Both the position numbers and the translations under genes were made by a program. From the IMG/VR virus record IMGVR_UViG_3300032295_001241, positions 1-33,081 of that record: a stretch of DNA of 33,081 bases, one strand, 5' to 3'. The notes beneath the pieces are model-generated. The model saw only the letters and a program-made list of their open reading frames with translations, ran no database searches and was not told the origin of the DNA. Positions 26,287 through 33,081 of this stretch are shown in pieces. The stretch is from a virus. Taxonomy: Duplodnaviria > Caudoviricetes. Position 1 is the stretch's first letter, and the number at the start of each line of letters is the position of its first letter.

Positions 26287-27635
26287 TAATAATCCCGGCA
26301 ATACTGTTTGCATTATTTGCAAAGCCAGCTAAAGCCGAAACGTTAGGTGAGTGGACATATAGCCAGTCCTGTCCAACGTCTGGATCAGTAGAGGTAATCG
26401 AAGACACAATTATCCTGCATGGCCCCGACCAGGGCGGGTGTTCCGGTGCTGCTCATTGGGCAAAGATTGAGACCACAATCCCAGCTGATGTGGACACAAT
26501 AGATTTCACTTGGTCATATCAAACGACTGATGGATGGGTGTATGACCCGCCACAGTACGGAATCAACGGCGTATACACCTTGATTACACAACAGAACAAT
26601 GCGACGGGTTCGCTCTCTGTTCCAGTTCAAGAGGGGGACATCTTCACGTTTCGGCAGTACTCTATTGACACCTGTTGTGCCCCAGGTCACCTAACTATTG
26701 CTAACCTTTCTTTATGGGCATCTATAATCTCATCCACGACGTCAACGACGACAAGTACTACTACTGTTCCGTCAACGACTGTCCCTGTCACCAGCACGAC
26801 TACTATGACAGTTCCAGAAACCTCAACCTCGTCTACATCGACGACTACAAGTACGACGGTGGTTTTACCGGATACCTCAACTAGTTCTACTTCTTCAACA
26901 ACAACGACAACTTCCATCCCTGGAACAACAACAACGGAACAATCAACATCCACCACATCTATTGCACCTCAAATATCTGAGCCAGAACCCGTTGATACTT
27001 CTGTTCCTGAAGAGCCTGAGATAACCGAGACAGGCACCACAACGACAGTAGTAGAGGAGCCCATCCAAGAGGAGACGCTTCCCGAAGAAACAACCACGAC
27101 AACTGAGCCAAGTCCAGAAGATACATACCCTGAGACTACCGAGCCGGAGGTGGTTGACACAACCCCTGAGACGCTTCCAGATGCCCCCTTAAGCGAGGAA
27201 GAAGTTGCATCGATACTTGAGGAGGCTACAACCACAGAGGAGCTCGTAGAGGCTCTTGCTGATTTGAGTCCGGAGCAGGTATCCCAGGTGATTGAGGAGA
27301 TCCTTGCTGAAGAACCAACACAGGAGCAGGCAGCTGCGCTTGCTACATCTCCCGAAGTGCTTGCTGTAGTTAGCGCACAAGAAGCTGAGCAGATCTTCGA
27401 AGCACTAGATGTTGGCGAGCTGACAGACGCACAGACAGAGCAGCTGATCGAAGCTATCGAGTCTGCACCCACGGAGATTCGAGAGGAATTCGAGGACACC
27501 ATTGACATCTTTGGTGAAGGTCTAGATGATTACACCCCTGTTGGATCCACTATCCCGGTGGGGGAACGACGCACTTTGATTGCTGTTACGGCGGGGATAA
27601 CCCTTGCGGCAGCAGGTACTAGAATTAGACGATAA
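26268..27635 (+). CDS. secreted/surface protein: signal peptide, beta domain, Thr-rich linker, acidic helical region, C-terminal hydrophobic segment
   Basis: MRSRWLIIIPAILFALFAKPAKA-E signal; poly-T/S tract; EEP/PET repeats; LIAVTAGITLAAAG. Confidence 0.8.
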   Translation: MRSRWLIIIPAILFALFAKPAKAETLGEWTYSQSCPTSGSVEVIEDTIILHGPDQGGCSGAAHWAKIETTIPADVDTIDFTWSYQTTDGWVYDPPQYGINGVYTLITQQNNATGSLSVPVQEGDIFTFRQYSIDTCCAPGHLTIANLSLWASIISSTTSTTTSTTTVPSTTVPVTSTTTMTVPETSTSSTSTTTSTTVVLPDTSTSSTSSTTTTTSIPGTTTTEQSTSTTSIAPQISEPEPVDTSVPEEPEITETGTTTTVVEEPIQEETLPEETTTTTEPSPEDTYPETTEPEVVDTTPETLPDAPLSEEEVASILEEATTTEELVEALADLSPEQVSQVIEEILAEEPTQEQAAALATSPEVLAVVSAQEAEQIFEALDVGELTDAQTEQLIEAIESAPTEIREEFEDTIDIFGEGLDDYTPVGSTIPVGERRTLIAVTAGITLAAAGTRIRR

Positions 27636-27796
27636 TGAGAAAGATCTTTGATTACCTAGCTGATAACTCTTGGACGTACGCCGGTACGGGCATGGTTCTA
27701 ATCACCCTGTCGGGCCCTACTCTACGCCAAGCTGTATGGATTACTGGTGTAACATTGATATTGCATTCGGTACTCACACTAAGCAAGAAAGACTAA
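27635..27796 (+). CDS. small 2-TM membrane protein, 53 aa
   Basis: TAATG coupling; MRKIFDYLADNSWTYAGTGMVLITLSGPTLRQAVWITGVTLILHSVLTLSKKD; absent from the ORF track. Confidence 0.7.
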   Translation: MRKIFDYLADNSWTYAGTGMVLITLSGPTLRQAVWITGVTLILHSVLTLSKKD

Positions 27797-27798
27797 CC

Positions 27799-28050
27799 AT
27801 GGCAAAGCTTCAAAACATCATCTTCCGTATCTTCGCATTGTTCGGTTCATCCGCATTGGCAGCTGTTGCCGGTGGTGCCTTAATTGGTGTTGACCTTTGG
27901 AAGTCTGCTGCTCTTGCCGGAATCATGGCATGTGCACAGGTAGTTGAAAAGCTTCTTCGCTTCAGCGTCGATGGCTCACTCACCAAAGAAGAAATTGAAC
28001 TTGCGTTCACTGGTGCGGTTAAGCCTAAGCCTGAAGCAGCAGCTGAGTAA
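27799..28050 (+). CDS. putative holin
   Basis: ATG 27799; two hydrophobic segments; directly upstream of the endolysin. Confidence 0.6.
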   Translation: MAKLQNIIFRIFALFGSSALAAVAGGALIGVDLWKSAALAGIMACAQVVEKLLRFSVDGSLTKEEIELAFTGAVKPKPEAAAE

Positions 28051-28589
28051 TGTCGCTGCCGATCGTACCGATCAAGTACTGCGAGCACATCAAGGGAAAG
28101 AAGCCAAGCGAGATAACGCCAGCCATGCTGCGCAAGTTATCCACAGGTGGACAGATGCACCATTGTGCTGCCCGTGCATTCGAAGCAATGGTGGCAAAGG
28201 CAAAGGAAGATGGAGTGGTCATCAAACCCACTTCCAGCGGTGACACATTCCGCAGTATCGACCAGCAGCTCAGGGGATTTTTGCAACGCTACAGCGAGAC
28301 CGACAACGGTTCAGGAAAGACAAGGACATACAAGGGTAAGAAATGGTTTCTTAAACCAGGTAATGCTCCACTTGCTGCCCCTGAAGATGATCCGAAGAAA
28401 TGCTCGCGTCATATGCTTGGCATTGCTGTCGACGTTGCTAACGCTAATGGCAAGGTACTTGAGTGGATGAAACTCAACATTGCTGCATTTGGATTCTCTT
28501 GGGAAGTTGTGCCTGAAGAACCATGGCATATCCGCTGGGTAGATAGCACGCCGTCACAGGCTGTCCTTGACTTTGAGGCCAAGGCATAA
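28050..28589 (+). CDS. endolysin, M15-family Zn peptidase (VanY-like)
   Basis: FRSIDQQ, SRHMLGIAVD (SxHxxGxAxD), EPWH. Confidence 0.88.
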   Translation: MSLPIVPIKYCEHIKGKKPSEITPAMLRKLSTGGQMHHCAARAFEAMVAKAKEDGVVIKPTSSGDTFRSIDQQLRGFLQRYSETDNGSGKTRTYKGKKWFLKPGNAPLAAPEDDPKKCSRHMLGIAVDVANANGKVLEWMKLNIAAFGFSWEVVPEEPWHIRWVDSTPSQAVLDFEAKA

Positions 28590-28593
28590 CCTT

Positions 28594-28797
28594 GTGGATG
28601 GTGGGATCGCTATCGTTCTTGCTGCTGCTGTTACTGGTGCTTTCAGTTTGCTAACTGTGCTTGTGCAAAAATTCCGCAAAGAGAATGCTAGAGATCACGA
28701 CGTAGTGATGGGGATGCTCAAGTACATGCACAAGTCCGTCATCCGTACGGAGGGGAAGTTAGACAAGCACATTGAGGATCACAACAGAAAGATCTGA
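28594..28797 (+). CDS. single-TM membrane protein (lysis cassette)
   Basis: GTG start; N-terminal TM, then RKENARDH...KLDKHIEDH coiled tail. Confidence 0.7.
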   Translation: MDGGIAIVLAAAVTGAFSLLTVLVQKFRKENARDHDVVMGMLKYMHKSVIRTEGKLDKHIEDHNRKI

Positions 28798-28940
28798 GTG
28801 CCCCCGTCGGGTTGCCACAGTCCGACTCCCTAAAACAAATTCACAGCGCCTCGCTACATGACATAGCGATCAACCCAGGTTCCCCTGTTTACTGCCCACC
28901 TCCTGCGACGGAAGCACACACATGCGACTAGCCAGTTGTT
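28797..28940 (-). ncRNA. candidate structured ncRNA, copy 2
   Basis: Minus-strand promoter TTGCAA-N17-TACCGT; begins near ACAACTGG; same ordered motifs and covarying stems as 1381-1561. Confidence 0.65.
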
Positions 28941-28948
28941 GATCGGAC

Positions 28949-28992
28949 ACGGTACACCCATGCCCAAACTTTTGCAACATGCATGTTAATGT
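28949..28992. promoter_or_regulatory. divergent promoters with a central palindrome
   Basis: Minus strand: -35 28977-28972, -10 28954-28949. Plus strand: TGTTAATGT 28984-28992. Palindrome AACATGCATGTT at 28976-28987. Confidence 0.55.
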
Positions 28993-29070
28993 TTCTTTTG
29001 TCACTCCGGGGGCTTTGGTTATTCCCTTCCTTGGGCCCTCGGGTGACACTTACCAACGGAGGGAAAGCCA

Positions 29071-29277
29071 ATGAGCAAGTTCACGGAAGTACTGTCAACA
29101 AAACAACACTTGTCTGTAGAGGACAAAATTAAAAATGCACTCGATGAAGAATCACACAAAGACTTCATGGTTGCAATGAACAACCCCGGCATAACAGCTG
29201 CGTCTATCTGCCGTGCACTCAAAGATCTTGGTGTAGAAGTTTCTGTCATGAGCATACAAAGATGGAGGCAGAAGTGA
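29071..29277 (+). CDS. small HTH-like protein
   Basis: ITAASICRALKDLGVEVSVMSIQRWR; GGAGGG SD. Confidence 0.65.
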   Translation: MSKFTEVLSTKQHLSVEDKIKNALDEESHKDFMVAMNNPGITAASICRALKDLGVEVSVMSIQRWRQK

Positions 29278-30272
29278 GTAGTAAGTTCCAAGAGTATGTA
29301 GAGTTGCAGAATGAAATTGCAGAACTTAGGCGAGCTCTTAAAACAAGCCAGCTCTCAGAGTCAAGGTCAAAGATCAAATCCCAAGGGATCATTGATGCGG
29401 TATATCGTGCTGCAAAGGATGCGTCTCTCGCTACGGGCAATGCTCGCAGAACACCGGCGTTACCAAAGAAAGATGTTCGCAAAGCAAAACCAGAGGTAGC
29501 CCTAGTTCATGCAACGGACTGGCAATGTGGAAAGAAAACAATATCCTTTGACATTGCTACCCTCTCAAAAAGAATTGAAACCTTTGCTGAGAAAGTTCTT
29601 GAACTAACAGAGATCCAACGCGCACATCATCCTGTAAAAGAATGCGTGCTTATGTTTGGTGGAGACATGGTCGAAGGTGTGTCCATATTCCCTGGTCAAG
29701 CGTACGAGATTGAAGCACACCTGTTTGAGCAGTTGTTCGAAGTATCCCGGATCATGGAGCAAATGATTCGCACGTTCTCCTCATACTTTGAGAAGGTAAC
29801 AATCGTGTGTGAGTACGGCAACCATGGACGGCTTGGTCGCAAAGGTGACATGCCAGACGGGGACAACATTGACCGTGTTGCATACAAGATAACTAGTGAC
29901 CGAACTAAAGACCTGAAGAACGTCACATGGCAGCAGTCATCAGACTGGTATCAGATCGTGACTATCGGAAAGTACAGAGCTTTGCTTGTGCATGGTGACG
30001 AGATCGGATCATACGGAGGCATACTCCGCAAGGTAAGTTCATGGTCTACTGGTGTAGTTGAACCATTCGCTGACTGTTATGTAGGACATTTTCACACCCC
30101 TACAACCCTGACCATGGCTAACGCCGGGCGTATCTTTGTATCCGGATCACCAGAGTCACACAACGAGTATGCGCGTGCGTATGTGGGTGCAGTAGGCAAA
30201 CCATCACAGCGTCTTCACTTCGTTGACCCAGACAAGGGCCGAGTAACTGGAGAGTACACGTGTTGGTTGTAA
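29274..30272 (+). CDS. calcineurin-like metallophosphoesterase with N-terminal coiled coil
   Basis: TDWQ, GGDMVEG, GNHGR, VHGD, GHFH motifs; GTGA overlap start preferred. Confidence 0.85.
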   Translation: MSSKFQEYVELQNEIAELRRALKTSQLSESRSKIKSQGIIDAVYRAAKDASLATGNARRTPALPKKDVRKAKPEVALVHATDWQCGKKTISFDIATLSKRIETFAEKVLELTEIQRAHHPVKECVLMFGGDMVEGVSIFPGQAYEIEAHLFEQLFEVSRIMEQMIRTFSSYFEKVTIVCEYGNHGRLGRKGDMPDGDNIDRVAYKITSDRTKDLKNVTWQQSSDWYQIVTIGKYRALLVHGDEIGSYGGILRKVSSWSTGVVEPFADCYVGHFHTPTTLTMANAGRIFVSGSPESHNEYARAYVGAVGKPSQRLHFVDPDKGRVTGEYTCWL

Positions 30273-30350
30273 ACCCGCGCGTGTGCGCGTGCGTATATGA
30301 CGGGGTCATCCCGCGCCCCCCTGTATGTGGAGAGAAACTGGACGACGCCG

Positions 30351-30644
30351 ATGAATGAGCCACTCACCTATATATACGTGACCTGGAAGGACGCGCACTC
30401 CGGCACCACTACATGGACGCAACCAACGGAGATAGATCAGGAGCCGTGCATTGTGAGGACGTCTGGATTTCTTCTGGCCGAAGCAGAAGGTGGCAAGCCA
30501 GATCACATCACCGTGTTCCAATCAATCACCCCAGATGGCGACATCGATCATGTTCTCCATGTTCCGGTCAAGATGGTGGTGGATTTCAAGTGCGTGCAGG
30601 TTGACTTCGCAGCAGGGGTTGTCATAACTCGATCAACCCAGTAG
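30351..30644 (+). CDS. hypothetical phage protein
   Basis: YVTWKDAHS...RTSGFL...QS...HVP pattern; ATG 30351 preferred. Confidence 0.7.
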   Translation: MNEPLTYIYVTWKDAHSGTTTWTQPTEIDQEPCIVRTSGFLLAEAEGGKPDHITVFQSITPDGDIDHVLHVPVKMVVDFKCVQVDFAAGVVITRSTQ

Positions 30645-30647
30645 CGT
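30619..30647 (+). promoter_or_regulatory. promoter TTGTCA-N17-TAGCGT for the recombination operon
   Basis: Same -35 hexamer as at 857 and 1593; AAGGAGG SD follows. Confidence 0.55.
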
Positions 30648-30670
30648 GATCCCACCCACAAGGAGGGAAC

Positions 30671-31615
30671 ATGGAAGAGAACAGATATCAAATTGCAAAG
30701 CCAACGCACGGTAGCCAGGAATGGTTGCTAGCTCGCTGGCAAGATGACAAGGGTCGCAAGCGCATTGCCGCTTCTACCGCAGCAGCAGTACATGGTGAAC
30801 ACAAGTACATGACACCCGGAGATCTAGCTACCGAACTGTTGGCTAGTGAACCACCAATGCCAAAGCCACCGACCCAAGCAATGGAGCGTGGCAACCGCAT
30901 GGAACCAATGATCATTGAATGGGTTGCAGACGAAGAACGTATTGAACTATTCACCCCTAACGAGTTGTATTGCTACGACGATGGTCGCGCCCGTATGGTT
31001 GCCACCCTTGACGCACAAGACGGAACAGGAACACCATTTGAAATCAAGACGATCAACAAGAAGTGGGATGGCAAACTCCCACCCCACTGGTATTGGCAGG
31101 GAGTACAGCAATCCATCTGTTCAGGTATGCGTGACATCGAATGGCGTGTCTTTGATAGCGAGATGGTTATCCACCGCTATAAGCAAACCGTTTCGTCTGA
31201 CGAGCGTCAAGTACATATCGAGGCAGTTGCAAAGTTTCTTGAGGCGATAGACCTAGGAGACGTACCGGATACGGCGATCATGTCGTACGAAAACATGAGT
31301 GAGTTGTACTCCAAGTCGCTACCCTTGCAGGTAGAACTTCCGGCTGAAGCATCACTCATGATTGCTGATCTTGAGAAAGTCAAGAGCGTAATCAAAGAGC
31401 TAGAAACAAGAGAGAGCATCATCAAGGCGGACCTTGGCAAGCTACTCCAAGAAGCAGAAGAAGGTGTGATCGACGGGGAGGTCGTGATCACTTGGAAGGA
31501 ACAGAAGCGTACATCGTTTGACTCAACTCGATTTGACAAAGAACGTCCCGAGCTGGCAAAGTTGTACAAGAAGGACACGAAGTTTCGTGTAATGAAAACC
31601 AAAGGAAGGAAATAA
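30671..31615 (+). CDS. YqaJ-like viral recombinase / lambda-type exonuclease
   Basis: GSQEWL..R...IAAS, ERGN..EP, ATLD, FEIKT, WQGVQQ. Confidence 0.85.
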   Translation: MEENRYQIAKPTHGSQEWLLARWQDDKGRKRIAASTAAAVHGEHKYMTPGDLATELLASEPPMPKPPTQAMERGNRMEPMIIEWVADEERIELFTPNELYCYDDGRARMVATLDAQDGTGTPFEIKTINKKWDGKLPPHWYWQGVQQSICSGMRDIEWRVFDSEMVIHRYKQTVSSDERQVHIEAVAKFLEAIDLGDVPDTAIMSYENMSELYSKSLPLQVELPAEASLMIADLEKVKSVIKELETRESIIKADLGKLLQEAEEGVIDGEVVITWKEQKRTSFDSTRFDKERPELAKLYKKDTKFRVMKTKGRK

Positions 31616-31617
31616 CA

Positions 31618-32265
31618 ATGGCATCATTCAACCTAGATAACTACGAGACCGTCGAAGATCGACTCGTCAAGTTTTGGAACGAACATCCGGATGGAAGAAT
31701 CCTTACTGGTGTCCACTACTACGACGATAACCGGATCCTTGTGCGTGCAGAGATCTACTTCAACCGTGAAGACGATCGTCCTGTAGCCACTGGATACGCA
31801 GAAGAACTTCGTGGTGCATCTCCGGTAAACCGGACAAGTCATGCGGAAAACGCAGAGACGTCGGCAATCGGACGCGGACTGGCCAACTGCGGGTATGCAG
31901 CTAAGGGTTCACGTCCTAGTCGTGAGGAGATGGAGAAGGTACAGCGCATGGGTTCTGCACCTGCACCATCGAAGCCTGTCAGCAACAGATCAACCGACGA
32001 CATCATCAATGGACTCGTTGATACATTCGGAGCAGAGAAGGTTGACGGCCCAACATCCGCACCAGCATCAACTCCAATGATCAAGAACCCAGGTGAGAAC
32101 GCCTCAGAGAAGCAGGTCAACATGATCCGTGCAATCCTCTCAGGCCAGGGCATCAAGGGTCAGGAAGTTCTTGACTTGTGTGGTGCAACCATTGGTCGTG
32201 AACTTGACAGCTTTGACTCACTAACTAAGGGCGAAGCGTCAGCACTCATCACTAAGTTCAAATGA
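31618..32265 (+). CDS. single-strand annealing protein (Rad52/Sak-like) partner of the exonuclease
   Basis: YETVEDRL, ENAETSAIGRGLA; C-terminal ASEKQ...LTKGEASALI; adjacent to YqaJ. Confidence 0.7.
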   Translation: MASFNLDNYETVEDRLVKFWNEHPDGRILTGVHYYDDNRILVRAEIYFNREDDRPVATGYAEELRGASPVNRTSHAENAETSAIGRGLANCGYAAKGSRPSREEMEKVQRMGSAPAPSKPVSNRSTDDIINGLVDTFGAEKVDGPTSAPASTPMIKNPGENASEKQVNMIRAILSGQGIKGQEVLDLCGATIGRELDSFDSLTKGEASALITKFK

Positions 32266-32477
32266 CATTCGACGAATGGATGAGGGTCGGCCTGGACAAT
32301 GGCTGGGCTGGCCCTCCCGTTTGTTTCACTCACGACGGACTGCCTTGCTCGCGAGACGAAGAAGAACTAGACGACAACTGCATGCATATCATCCGGTTGT
32401 ATGAAGACAACGAACACAAGCTGAAGGTTGAGGACAACCACAGCCCATCTCTATGGAGGAACAGTTATGACAGATGA
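32262..32477 (+). CDS. hypothetical protein
   Basis: 71 aa, ATGA overlap; C..HDG...C.H possible metal site. Confidence 0.7.
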   Translation: MTFDEWMRVGLDNGWAGPPVCFTHDGLPCSRDEEELDDNCMHIIRLYEDNEHKLKVEDNHSPSLWRNSYDR

Positions 32478-32913
32478 AAGGAAAGGTGAATGTGAAGGCA
32501 ACAAAGACAAATGCAACGCTGTGGGATGCCCCCTATTCGGGGCGCTCGGACGACCAGGTCGTGACGGTGCGCGTAGGATTAGAAACTGTGGTGACCCTGC
32601 AGCTAGGGGTAAAAGGAACCGCACTAAGGGTGATTCGAAGGCGCGTAGAGCGCGTAAGAAACTTGGGTTGGGCGGTCACCTTACCCGTCACGAGGAAAAT
32701 TGGGGTGGTGCTTTTCGTTGCGAAGTCAAGGCGGGCGCTCAAGTTGGTCCGATTTGGACGAGGTTTAGAGACGCCAAGAATCAAAGTGACGCGTGTAAAT
32801 CGCTGGGTGATAATCGTCCGTTTGTAATGGTGGCTATGCCTGACGGTACAACCGAGGGCGTAGTGCTAATGACACTCACGGAATTCACAGAAATTGTAAG
32901 CCTTATTCCATAA
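32467..32913 (+). CDS. putative PD-(D/E)xK nuclease / Holliday junction resolvase-like, Cys-rich N-terminus
   Basis: RGKRNRTKG...CEVKAG...PFVMV; ATG 32467 preferred. Confidence 0.55.
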   Translation: MTDERKGECEGNKDKCNAVGCPLFGALGRPGRDGARRIRNCGDPAARGKRNRTKGDSKARRARKKLGLGGHLTRHEENWGGAFRCEVKAGAQVGPIWTRFRDAKNQSDACKSLGDNRPFVMVAMPDGTTEGVVLMTLTEFTEIVSLIP

Positions 32914-32947
32914 GGGTTAGAGGGAAAAACTATAATGGGAGGGAACG

Positions 32948-33081
32948 ATGAACAGACTTACTCGGTGCTTTATTGCACCACTACTTTGTCTCGGAGTTAT
33001 GACAGCAGAAGCGAAAGCAGCTGGCGCTCCGGAGCACCCGAACTCACCTGCCCCTGTGGGGATACGTGCAGATGTGAGATC
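32948..33081 (+). CDS. N-terminal fragment of a signal-peptide-bearing protein (runs off the window)
   Basis: TATAAT at 32931, GGGAGGG SD; MNRLTRCFIAPLLCLGVMTAEAKA-AGAP... Confidence 0.6.
   Translation, partial: MNRLTRCFIAPLLCLGVMTAEAKAAGAPEHPNSPAPVGIRADVR

Noticed and set aside
26687-27508. Val- and Ser-rich minus-strand ORFs
   Set aside because: Mirror of the Thr/Glu codons of the + strand surface protein
27670-27798. N-terminal extension of the holin ORF
   Set aside because: Overlaps the better-supported 27635..27796 membrane ORF; ATG 27799 preferred
30273-30330. CGCGCGTGTGCGCGTGCG alternating tract after the phosphoesterase
   Set aside because: Short, no convincing stem or second copy; cannot assign a function
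32474-32827. Alternative-frame 117-aa ORF
   Set aside because: Overlaps the nuclease-motif ORF 32467..32913 and has no motif of its own

Overview
This is a 33 kb segment of a tailed dsDNA phage genome with all credible genes on the + strand. It is podovirus-like, since no tape-measure or tail-tube gene is recognisable. An actinobacterial host is inferred from the M15 endolysin, leaderless and extended -10 promoters and overall gene content, but this is not proven. Gene order: small early-type ORFs in a region depleted of palindromes (1-1245); a non-coding region with a candidate genome end; two unknown genes, one ART-like; terminase large subunit with an N-terminal HTH; a Lys/Ala-rich protein; portal; four probable internal/ejection proteins; scaffold; N4-gp56-like major capsid; decoration and basic small proteins; tail adaptor, nozzle and fibres; a sulfotransferase-like gene; a secreted Thr-rich protein; a holin/endolysin cassette; a metallophosphoesterase; a YqaJ exonuclease with an SSAP; a resolvase-like nuclease. 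The most striking unexplained signal is two diverged copies, 27 kb apart, of a structured non-coding element on the minus strand (about 1381-1561 and 28797-28940). Each has its own sigma70-like promoter, both begin ACAACTGG, and they share several hairpins with compensatory base changes. This is a candidate phage ncRNA family. All calls are by eye; no database searches were run.
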